From the NCBI GenBank assembly GCA_039798785.1, contig JBDKFG010000001.1, positions 193,007 through 257,006 on the forward strand: a DNA stretch of 64,000 nt, in the 5' to 3' direction. The notes beneath the pieces are model-generated. The model was not told the DNA's origin. It saw only the letters and a program-made list of their open reading frames with translations, and did not search any database. A program made the translations under genes and the position numbers. This document shows, one piece after another, positions 55,986-64,000 of this stretch (positions within the stretch are counted from its first letter, which is position 1; the number at the start of each line of letters is the position of its first letter). This stretch comes from Verrucomicrobiota bacterium. GTDB lineage: Bacteria > Verrucomicrobiota > Lentisphaeria > Lentisphaerales > Lentisphaeraceae.

Positions 55986-57992
55986 ATGGGACCGACCTCC
56001 ACAGCCTATCTCGTCTGCTTCTTCGAGATGAATTTCGCCGCCCTCGGATTGCTGACCCTCCATTCCCTCCGCCGCCAGCTCGGTCCCGCCCCCTTCCTGG
56101 CTTTCGCCGGCGCCCTCTTCCTCGCCTGCCAGGCCGCCTCGATGGCTGGCCTCCGCCTTGATCCCACTAACGGGCCGGCCCTGCTAGTCGGCCCTGCAGT
56201 GCTTGCGACCCCCTTCCTCGCCGCCCTGCTCGCCGTCTACGCCCTCGAAGGCGTGCTGGCGGCGCAACGCCTCGTCCTCGCCGCCCTGGTCGTCGGCACC
56301 GCCGCCCTTCTTCTCACTGCGGTGACCACCGCTCAGATCAACTCGCCCGCCTTCCTCGACGTGCCGCCGGGCCTGGCCGCGATGCTGGAGCAGGGAAGGA
56401 TGGAAATCCCCGCTTCTCTCGCCGCGATGATCACCGATCTGATCATCCTGCCGATCACTTTCCAGCTCTTCCGCAACCGGGGCCAAGGCATCTTCGTCTC
56501 CGTCCTCGCTGCGATGATCTTCACCCTCGTTCTCGACACCTGGATCTACGGCACCGTCCTCTCCTGGGGCGGTCTCGAGACCGAAGGCCAGTTCTGGGAC
56601 AACCTGCGCAGCCTCTTCGTGGCCAGGGCCCTCGGCGCCACCTGGCTGGCCCTGATGGTCACCATCTACCTCAGGCTCGAAGGCCTCGACGGCGACGGCC
56701 AGGGCTCCCGCAACCCGATGGACTTCCTCAAGGCGATCCTCAACTCCTATTCCCCCTCGAGCATCGTCGGCAGCAATCTCCAGGACTGGGACGACCGCTT
56801 CCGCCTCCTGGTCGAAAACTCCCAGGACCTCATCCTTCTCGTCGACCAGGGAGGCAAGATCCGCGATGCCAACAAGATCACCTTGGAAACCTGCGGCCGC
56901 CCTCTCGACCGCGTCTGCGGCCAGCCCTTCTCGCGACTCCTCATCCCGGCCCATGACAGCAGCCTGCCACCGTGGATGCAAGCGATCGCCGCCGCCGCCC
57001 CTAGCTGGTCCGCCCTCACCGAGAACCTCGCCTTCAAACCCGGCCAGCCGCAGAGCGCCTTGCTGGTTTTCAAAGGACGGCAAGGTCCCCGAGCCATCGA
57101 ATTCCTCGTCTCCGACGTCCTCGCCGGCGACTCCCGGCTCATCCTTCTTGGCGGTCGCGACGAAACCTCGCGGCTGCGCCTCCTCGCCGAACGTGAGCAG
57201 CTCTACGAACAACTCGGCCACTCGCAGAGGCTCGAAGCGGTCGGACGCCTCGCCGGCGGCATAGCCCATGACTTCAACAACCTTCTTCACATGATGCAAG
57301 GGGCCGCCGACAGCCTGGATCGCTGCCAACCCGAGCGCCGCGCCGAGTCGCTGCAGCTGCTGCAAGCCGCCCTCGGCCGCGCCTCCCGCCTCGTCGGCCA
57401 GCTTCTCGGCTTCGCCCGCAAGGGGCGCTTCAACGTCAGCCGCAGCGACCTTGCCGAGCTCCTGCGCAACTGCTCGGTCCTCTTCGAGCCGGCTACCCGC
57501 AAGGCGGTGCAGCTGCGCAGCATCCTCCACCCCGAACCACTCGACATCAATGCCGACACGGCCCAGATCGAGCAAGTGGTGATGAACCTCCTGATCAACG
57601 CCCGCGACGCCCTAGAAGGTCGCCCTGAGCCCCGCATCGTCCTGCGCTGCGAACCCGCCACCCAGCACCACCCGGGCTGGAGTTCCGCCACGCCCGGCAG
57701 CCTGGCGGAACACTTCGCCGTCATCCGCATCCGCGACAACGGCTGCGGCATACCGCCGGAACATCTGAGTCGCATCTTCGAACCTTTCTTCACCACCAAG
57801 GAAGTAGGCAAGGGCACCGGCATGGGCCTGGCCATGGCTTGGGGAGTGATCAAGGCTCATCACGGCTGGATGCATGTCGAATCCCTTCCCGGCACGGGCA
57901 CCGAATTCTTCATCTACCTCCCCTTGGCCGGCACGCCCGAAGGTGAAAAACCGATCTCGGCCAGCCCTGTCCTCGGGGAAACCCAGGAATGA
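55986..57992 (+). CDS. Multi-pass membrane PAS sensor histidine kinase
   Basis: ~7 transmembrane segments, PAS, LAGGIAHDFNNLL, NARDA, FFTTKEVGKGTGMGL. Confidence 0.9.
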   Translation: MGPTSTAYLVCFFEMNFAALGLLTLHSLRRQLGPAPFLAFAGALFLACQAASMAGLRLDPTNGPALLVGPAVLATPFLAALLAVYALEGVLAAQRLVLAALVVGTAALLLTAVTTAQINSPAFLDVPPGLAAMLEQGRMEIPASLAAMITDLIILPITFQLFRNRGQGIFVSVLAAMIFTLVLDTWIYGTVLSWGGLETEGQFWDNLRSLFVARALGATWLALMVTIYLRLEGLDGDGQGSRNPMDFLKAILNSYSPSSIVGSNLQDWDDRFRLLVENSQDLILLVDQGGKIRDANKITLETCGRPLDRVCGQPFSRLLIPAHDSSLPPWMQAIAAAAPSWSALTENLAFKPGQPQSALLVFKGRQGPRAIEFLVSDVLAGDSRLILLGGRDETSRLRLLAEREQLYEQLGHSQRLEAVGRLAGGIAHDFNNLLHMMQGAADSLDRCQPERRAESLQLLQAALGRASRLVGQLLGFARKGRFNVSRSDLAELLRNCSVLFEPATRKAVQLRSILHPEPLDINADTAQIEQVVMNLLINARDALEGRPEPRIVLRCEPATQHHPGWSSATPGSLAEHFAVIRIRDNGCGIPPEHLSRIFEPFFTTKEVGKGTGMGLAMAWGVIKAHHGWMHVESLPGTGTEFFIYLPLAGTPEGEKPISASPVLGETQE

Positions 57993-58037
57993 GGCACTCC
58001 GCAGATCCGAATCTTAGCCATCTTTCCCAATCACCTC

Positions 58038-58066
58038 TAGACGCCCGGCTCAAAGCAGGTTATTCT
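58038..58066 (+). promoter_or_regulatory. Possible promoter for tRNA-Leu
   Basis: TAGACG-N17-TATTCT. Confidence 0.45.
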
Positions 58067-58085
58067 CGCGGCGTCTGAATCACCT

Positions 58086-58169
58086 GCCCTGGTGGCGAAA
58101 TGGCAGCCGCAACGGACTTAAAATCCGTCGCCGCAAGGCATACCGGTTCGAGTCCGGTCCGGGGTACCA
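58086..58169 (+). tRNA. tRNA-Leu (TAA)
   Basis: GCCCTGG acceptor, ACGGA-CTTAAAA-TCCGT anticodon arm, long variable arm gcc-gcaa-ggc, GGTTCGAGTCC, CCA. Confidence 0.95.
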
Positions 58170-58482
58170 ATCATTCAAAAAGAATGTCTTGCAGAGTAGT
58201 CTGTAGGCCGTTTTTCACCTCAAAAATGCCTTGTGTATGCAAAGCTTGTATTCAAAACCCCCCGTGGGGCGTCTTCAATTCCGCATCGGCATGATGATGT
58301 GAATCGCCTCGACCTGAGTCAGCTTTAAAGGGGAGATGCTGTCGTTTATTTTAAGGAAGGTGGTTGGCAGGTCTTGGCGGAGGGTCTCGAGGAAATAGCC
58401 GCGGTTGACCCGGATCGATGGACCGGCAGTGGTGCCGGCGACAGCCACGATCTCGCAGCAAGAGCCGTCCTCGGCTCACCCT

Positions 58483-58971
58483 TTAAACTGGTGGTTTCGT
58501 CAAGGCCATAAGCACCCACAAAAACAGGTCAATCCCTATCCAGATAAAAAACACAATGACAACGAAGAAGACTTGAATCACTGAATACAGGGGATCAGGA
58601 GCTTGAGGTCTGGGCAGGCCCGCGGAGTAGAGGCAGTACACCACAAAGGCCATCATCCCCAGATTGAAAATCATAAACAGGTACTGGACGCCTACGCCGA
58701 AGGGGCTGCGGCGATTCGCTAAGTCCTCATCTCTGTATTCGGTACTGGCTTCTCTCAGTATCTTCCACAGGATCCAGTCCAGGACCGCCACGAATAACAA
58801 TCCAAAAGCTGCGACCCAAGATTGATAGGGCGCCAGAGCGCACTTAGGCCAGGAGAACAAAAGGATGATCGCAGCAATGGCTCCCAGGTTGAAGCCGCAC
58901 AAGCCGAGCCTGACGGCGTTCTCAAAAAAGTGGGTCTCTAATGTTCTCTCACGGATTGAAGCCTGACGCAT
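58483..58971 (-). CDS. Hypothetical 4-TM membrane protein, low GC
   Basis: Four hydrophobic segments; probable start MRQAS at 58971 (track start 59025); atypical composition. Confidence 0.6.
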   Translation of the reverse strand: MRQASIRERTLETHFFENAVRLGLCGFNLGAIAAIILLFSWPKCALAPYQSWVAAFGLLFVAVLDWILWKILREASTEYRDEDLANRRSPFGVGVQYLFMIFNLGMMAFVVYCLYSAGLPRPQAPDPLYSVIQVFFVVIVFFIWIGIDLFLWVLMALTKPPV

Positions 58972-59069
58972 CCTGAACTCCTTGGGTTCTCTGGGGTAGA
59001 ATAAGCCTGTCCAATCGCATTCCAATTATCATTATTCTATTGCAAGATCATTGGTTAAATCAATTTTTT

Positions 59070-59283
59070 TGGCGGGCGCTTCGGCGCCGCAGCCAGAGGG
59101 ACGCCACCACATGGGACCGCTGACGACAATTGCCGACAGCTATCTGCCTCGCCCCCGGATTCACCATCCTTGGCCCAGCGTGCGTTTCATCGCCAAACAC
59201 CCAAGGTGGGAGCCCGGTGCGCGAATCGCGCCCGCCGGGATCTGTGCGGGGGGGCTCCCAGCAATGAGAGTCCCTACCGCGAT
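59070..59283 (+). mobile_element. 3' remnant of a group II intron (maturase C-terminus plus domains V and VI)
   Basis: WRALRRRSQRDATTWDR/LTTIADSYLPRPRIHHPWP (1-nt frameshift near 59121); domain V GAGCCCGGTGCGCGAATCGCGCCCGCCGGGATC with AGC triad; domain VI ..CCCTACCGCG with bulged A; AT terminus. Confidence 0.9.
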
Positions 59284-59395
59284 AGAGCACAAAATGCAGA
59301 AAGATGAACGGGGCCCGCTCAGCCGATCACGCTTTCTGCGTTCTTCTGCGTCTTCTGCGGTCAACCTGAGCTTGATTTGGAGTGATACAGGTCGG
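59284..59395. mobile_element. Truncated MITE copy (inverted relative to 15594-15705)
   Basis: 112 bp with 2 mismatches to the 15.6-kb copy; retains one terminal repeat TGATACAGGTCG. Confidence 0.9.
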
Positions 59396-59638
59396 AATCT
59401 TTGGCGCGCCTCACTCGTAGCAGTAAAGATGAAACCGAGGTAGCGACACGCCGAACACGCCGATCTTGGCACTTGCCGTCCCTGCAGAAGAAGTTAAATT
59501 CAGGGCGCGCAAGGAATCTCCTTCACACGAAGCGGTGTCATCATCCGCCTCCTGGGGACGGGATTCCGGTGTCTCCCGGAACGACCCGTCATCACGGTCG
59601 CAGCCCGGCTGCTAAACCCGCAATCCAAGGCAAGGTCC

Positions 59639-62374
59639 ATGACTCGACCCAGCTACATTGACAACGCCAATCCGGCCTTCGTTGAAGAACTCTACGCCCA
59701 ATACCGCGCCAATCCCGATTCCGTGAACGAGGGCTGGCGCCGTTTCTTTGAAGGCTTCGAATACGGCTGCGAACGCGCCGACTCGGGCTCCTCCTACTCC
59801 GACGACAAGCAGGTGAAGATCATGAAGCTGATCAACGCCTACCGCGCCCGCGGCCATCTCGTCGCCAAGACCAACCCGGTCCGCCCCCGCCGACTCCACC
59901 AGGCCGACCTCAACCTCGAATACTTCGGCCTCTCCGAAGCCGACCTCGATCAGGAATACGACGTCGGCGCCGAAGTCCGCCTCGGCCGCACCACCCTTCG
60001 CAAGATCATCGAGCACCTCGAGAAGACCTACTGCTCCTCGATCGGCGTCGAATACCGCTACACACCCTCCTCCCAGATCCGCCAGTACCTTCACGAGGCC
60101 CTGGAAGGCAGCGCCAACCGCACCCAGTTCGACACCGCCGAGAAGAAGCACATCTTCACCAAGCTCGCCCAGGCCACCGGCCTCGAGCGCTTCCTCCACA
60201 TCAAGTACGTCGGTGAGAAACGCTTCTCCCTCGAAGGCCTGGACGCCGTCATCCCCGGCCTCGACGCCCTCTTCCGCGAAGGCGCCAAGCTCGGCGTCAG
60301 CGAATTCGTCATGGGCATGGCCCACCGCGGCCGCCTCAACGTCCTGATCAACCTCTTCGGCAAGAAGTTCGAATCCCTGGTCAAGGAATTCGAGAAGCGC
60401 GCCCTCCCCGAAGACGTCGGCGGCGACGGCGACGTCAAATACCACATGGGCCACAGCGCCGACATCGTCACTCCCGAAGGCAACAAGCTGCACATCTCGC
60501 TCGCCGCCAACCCCTCGCACCTGGAAGCGGTGAACCCGGTCGTTCTCGGCTCGGTGCGCGCCAAGTACGAAGCCCTCTACGGTCGCGACCACAGCAAGAT
60601 CGTACCGGTCCTGCTCCACGGCGACGCCGCCATGTCCGGCCAGGGCATCGTCTACGAGTGCGTCAACTTCGCCAAGCTCGACGGCTACGCCCCCGGCGGC
60701 GTCATCCACGTCATCACCAACAACCAGGTCGGCTTCACCGCCAACTACCGCGAGTCGCGCTCGTCGCTGTACTGCACCGACATCGCGAAAGTCCTCAACT
60801 CGCCGGTCTTCCACGTCAACGCCGACGACCCGGAGGCCGTGGTCCACTGCTTCCTCCTCGCCATCCGCCTGCGCCAGAAGTTCGGCATCGACGTCTACGT
60901 CGACGTCGTCGGCTACCGCCGCCACGGCCACAACGAAGGCGACGAGCCGCGCTTCACCCAGCCGATGCTGTACCGCAACATCGACGCGCACAAGCCGGTT
61001 CTCGAATCCTACTCCGAGCGCCTCGCCGCCGAAGGCAGCGTCCGCAGCGACGAGACCGCCGCGATCATCGCCGGCTATGAGGCCGGACTGCAGGAGAGCC
61101 TAAGCGCCGCCCGAGCCGACACCAAGCAGAAGCTCGACGTCAACTTCCTCGGCCGCCAGTGGCACGGCCTGCGCAAGTCGAAGCAGGAAGACTTCGAACG
61201 CTCGCCCGAGACCGGCGTCAAGAAGAGCGTCCTCAAGCACATCGCCACCACCATCGGCACCGTGCCCCAGGGCTTCAACATCCTGCCCAAGCTCCGCAAG
61301 GTGGTCGAAGGCCGCACCCAGACCTTCGACAACGGCAAGGTCGACTGGGCCGTCGCCGAACAGCTCGCCTTCGGCTCGCTGCTGGTCGAAGGCCACAGCG
61401 TCCGCATCTCCGGCCAGGACTCGCGCCGCGGCACCTTCTCTCACCGTCACAGCTATCTGATCGACGAGAAGGACGAAACCGAATACGTCGCCCTCAACCA
61501 CCTGCAGGCCGGCCAGGCTCAGTACCAGGCCCACAACTCGCACCTGTCGGAATACGGCGTTCTCGGCTTCGAGCACGGCTACTCCCTCGCCATGCCGCAG
61601 TCGCTGGTCATCTGGGAAGGCCAGTTCGGCGACTTCGCCAACGGCGCCCAGATCATCATCGACCAGTTCATCTCCTCCTCGGAGTCGAAGTGGCAGCGGA
61701 TGAGCGGCCTGTGCATGTTCCTGCCGCACGGCTACGAAGGCCAGGGCCCCGAGCACAGCTCGGCCCGCCTCGAGCGCTTCCTCCAGCTCTGCGCCGAGAA
61801 CAACATGTGCGTCGCCAACGTCACCACCCCGGCCAACCTCTTCCACCTGCTGCGTCGTCAGCTCAAGGTGAAATACCGCATCCCCCTCGTCCTGATGACC
61901 CCCAAGTCGCTGCTCCGCCACCCGGAGTGCGTCTCGACCGTCGACGAACTGGTCGGCGGCCGCTTCCAGGAGATCATCGACGACGCCGAGATCGACCCCA
62001 AGAAGGCCGAGCGCGTCATCCTCTGCTCCGGCAAGATCTACTACGAGCTCCTCGAGAAGAAGCGCAAGGAAGGCTTCGCCAACGTCGCCCTCGTCCGCAT
62101 CGAGCAGTTCTATCCCACCCCCAAGGAACAGGACAAGGCCCTCTTCGAGCGCTACGGCTCCTGCAGGGACATCGTCTGGGTCCAGGAAGAGCCTCGCAAC
62201 ATGGGCGCCTGGCACTACATGCGCGCCCGCTTCGACCACCTCTTCCAGGGCCTCAAGGTCGTCGCCCGCAAGAAGTCCGCCTCCACCGCGCACGGCTCCT
62301 CGAAGCATGAGATCCTGATCCAGAAAGGACTCATCGACGAAGCCTTCGCCGGCCTCAGCCCCAAGAAAGCCTGA
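59639..62374 (+). CDS. sucA: 2-oxoglutarate dehydrogenase E1
   Basis: [45 protein letters not shown]. Confidence 0.98.
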   Translation: MTRPSYIDNANPAFVEELYAQYRANPDSVNEGWRRFFEGFEYGCERADSGSSYSDDKQVKIMKLINAYRARGHLVAKTNPVRPRRLHQADLNLEYFGLSEADLDQEYDVGAEVRLGRTTLRKIIEHLEKTYCSSIGVEYRYTPSSQIRQYLHEALEGSANRTQFDTAEKKHIFTKLAQATGLERFLHIKYVGEKRFSLEGLDAVIPGLDALFREGAKLGVSEFVMGMAHRGRLNVLINLFGKKFESLVKEFEKRALPEDVGGDGDVKYHMGHSADIVTPEGNKLHISLAANPSHLEAVNPVVLGSVRAKYEALYGRDHSKIVPVLLHGDAAMSGQGIVYECVNFAKLDGYAPGGVIHVITNNQVGFTANYRESRSSLYCTDIAKVLNSPVFHVNADDPEAVVHCFLLAIRLRQKFGIDVYVDVVGYRRHGHNEGDEPRFTQPMLYRNIDAHKPVLESYSERLAAEGSVRSDETAAIIAGYEAGLQESLSAARADTKQKLDVNFLGRQWHGLRKSKQEDFERSPETGVKKSVLKHIATTIGTVPQGFNILPKLRKVVEGRTQTFDNGKVDWAVAEQLAFGSLLVEGHSVRISGQDSRRGTFSHRHSYLIDEKDETEYVALNHLQAGQAQYQAHNSHLSEYGVLGFEHGYSLAMPQSLVIWEGQFGDFANGAQIIIDQFISSSESKWQRMSGLCMFLPHGYEGQGPEHSSARLERFLQLCAENNMCVANVTTPANLFHLLRRQLKVKYRIPLVLMTPKSLLRHPECVSTVDELVGGRFQEIIDDAEIDPKKAERVILCSGKIYYELLEKKRKEGFANVALVRIEQFYPTPKEQDKALFERYGSCRDIVWVQEEPRNMGAWHYMRARFDHLFQGLKVVARKKSASTAHGSSKHEILIQKGLIDEAFAGLSPKKA

Positions 62375-62400
62375 ACCCATTTCAATACGGAAGACCCCAT

Positions 62401-63660
62401 ATGAGCACCATCATCGACATCACAGTCCCCAAGGCCGGCGAATCGGTCAACGAAGCCGACATCGCCCGCTGGCTCAAGGCTGACGGCGACATCGTCAAGC
62501 TCGACGAAGCCCTCTGCGAACTCGAGACCTCGAAAGCCTCGCTTCCCATCAACGCCCCCGCCGCCGGCCGCCTGAAGATCATCACCGCCGCCGGCACCAC
62601 CTGCCCCGTCGGCATGGTCGTCGCCCAGATCGACACCTCCGCCGCCGGCGCCGCCGCCGCTCCCGCCAAGGCCAAGGAGCCGGTCCGCTCGGCCGAATCC
62701 ACCGTCATGGACCCCGGCATGCCCTCGCCCTCGGCCCGCCGCCTCCTCGCTGAGAACGAAGTCAGCGCCCAGGACGTCAAGGGCTCCGGTCCCGACGGCC
62801 GCATCATCAAGGCCGACGTCATCAACCACCTCGCCGTCCGCGAGAAGGAACTCAAGATGAGCTCGACCATCTCCGGCCAGCTCGCCGCCCAGAAGGCCGC
62901 CGTTCCCGCCGCCTCCTGCAGCGCCCCGGCCTCCAGCTCGGCCCTCTGCCAGCAGTCCGGCCGCGCCGAGCGCCGCGAGAAGATGAGCCGACTGCGCCGC
63001 ACCATCGCCGAGCGCCTCGTCGAAGCCCAGAACACCGCCGTGATCTGCACCACCTTCAACGAAGTCGACATGTCGGCGATCATGGAGCTGCGCAAGAAGT
63101 ACAAGGAGAAGTTCACCGAGAAGCACCAGGTCGGCATCGGCTTCATGAGCTTCTTCGCCAAGGCCGCCGCCAGCGCCCTCAAGGAGTTCCCCATCCTCAA
63201 CGCCTCGGTCGACGGCAACGACATCGTCTACCATGACTTCGTCGACATCGGCATCGCCGTCGCCACTCCCAAGGGCCTGGTGGTCCCGATCATCCGCGAC
63301 ATCGACCAGATGAACTTCGCCCAGATCGAGAAAGCGATCGCCGCCTACGGCGCCAAGGGCAAGGCCGGCGGCATCACCATCGAAGACATGACCGGCGGCA
63401 CCTTCACCATCACCAACGGAGGCACCTTCGGCTCGATGCTCTCCACCCCGATCATCAACCGTCCCCAGTCCGCCATCCTCGGCATGCACAACATCGTCGA
63501 GCGCCCGGTCGCGGTCAACGGACAAGTCGTGATCCGCCCGATCATGTATCTCGCCGTCTCCTACGACCACCGCATCATCGACGGCGCCGACGCGGTGAAA
63601 TTCCTGGTCAAGATCAAGACCCTCCTCGAAGATCCCTCGCGCATCCTCCTCGATCTCTGA
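62401..63660 (+). CDS. sucB: Dihydrolipoyllysine succinyltransferase E2
   Basis: Lipoyl domain [30 protein letters not shown]. Confidence 0.97.
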   Translation: MSTIIDITVPKAGESVNEADIARWLKADGDIVKLDEALCELETSKASLPINAPAAGRLKIITAAGTTCPVGMVVAQIDTSAAGAAAAPAKAKEPVRSAESTVMDPGMPSPSARRLLAENEVSAQDVKGSGPDGRIIKADVINHLAVREKELKMSSTISGQLAAQKAAVPAASCSAPASSSALCQQSGRAERREKMSRLRRTIAERLVEAQNTAVICTTFNEVDMSAIMELRKKYKEKFTEKHQVGIGFMSFFAKAAASALKEFPILNASVDGNDIVYHDFVDIGIAVATPKGLVVPIIRDIDQMNFAQIEKAIAAYGAKGKAGGITIEDMTGGTFTITNGGTFGSMLSTPIINRPQSAILGMHNIVERPVAVNGQVVIRPIMYLAVSYDHRIIDGADAVKFLVKIKTLLEDPSRILLDL

Positions 63661-63678
63661 TCGGGCTGCGATCTGCGC

Positions 63679-63714
63679 AAAACCGCCGCTCTCCGCAAGG
63701 AGGGCGGCGGTTTT
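63679..63714 (+). terminator. Rho-independent terminator
   Basis: aaaaccgccgctctcc gcaa ggagggcggcggtttt. Confidence 0.9.
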
Positions 63715-63908
63715 GGTGGTGCGGACCTCAAGATTCCGGCCTCCTGACACGCTACGGCGAATGCTGTGAGTGAATACAGATGGCACCTGCGTGATGCGCA
63801 ACCCAAAAACCAAAGGGTTTCGGCCTCACAGCTCGGGGGTGAAACGAACACATTTCAAACCCCGACGGGCTTCAGCTTATTCCTTGCTGCCGAAGGCAGG
63901 ATAAACCT

Positions 63909-63975
63909 GGATTCCGAAGCTGAGCTTGGGCTCAGCTCGGGAATCCGATTCAAGATTCAAAATTCAAGATTCAAC
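63909..63975. repeat. REP-like palindrome followed by a 7-mer (ATTCAA[GA]) array, possibly continuing past the window
   Basis: ggattcc.aagctgagc ttgg gctcagct.cgggaatcc; gattcaagattcaaaattcaagattcaac. Confidence 0.65.
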
Positions 63976-64000
63976 AGAACGCGAACAAAATCAAAGATTT

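Noticed and set aside
59051..59443. 130-aa ORF as an intact gene
   Set aside because: It is a read-through of the frameshifted maturase remnant, intron domains V-VI and the MITE.
63833..63870. GGGGGTGAAAC resembling a tmRNA 5' end; GCTGTGAGGCCGAAAC on the minus strand resembling a hammerhead core
   Set aside because: The GGxTTCGAC that should follow in tmRNA is missing, and the hammerhead CUGANGA core and stem II are incomplete.

Overview
High-GC bacterial chromosome segment. The gene style suggests a PVC-superphylum organism (Lentisphaerota/Verrucomicrobiota-like); this is an inference. Housekeeping genes: partial mutY, ribD, thiD, prfB, holA, alaS, lepA, trmH-family, cysQ-family, deoC, mutM, sucA, sucB, two tRNA-fMet and tRNA-Leu(TAA). 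One co-oriented block links a type IV pilus motor (pilB-pilT-pilC) to two secreted TPR-like proteins and an ExbB + 2x ExbD motor with no TonB. Also present: four sensor kinases, a CcoI-like P-type ATPase, an M16 peptidase and a COG3014-YcfL-LpoB lipoprotein operon. The most unusual signals are intergenic. (1) A 174-bp MITE with terminal inverted repeats and a perfect 8-bp target duplication; its second copy is cut exactly at the 3' splice site of a truncated group II intron. (2) Several palindromic elements with 7/8-nt tandem-repeat arms; one encloses an intact cargo gene, and a related repeat cluster surrounds a four-helix-bundle gene remnant. (3) A ~98-bp leader duplicated together with its first codons around an orphan gene. 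All calls come from reading the sequence; no searches were run.
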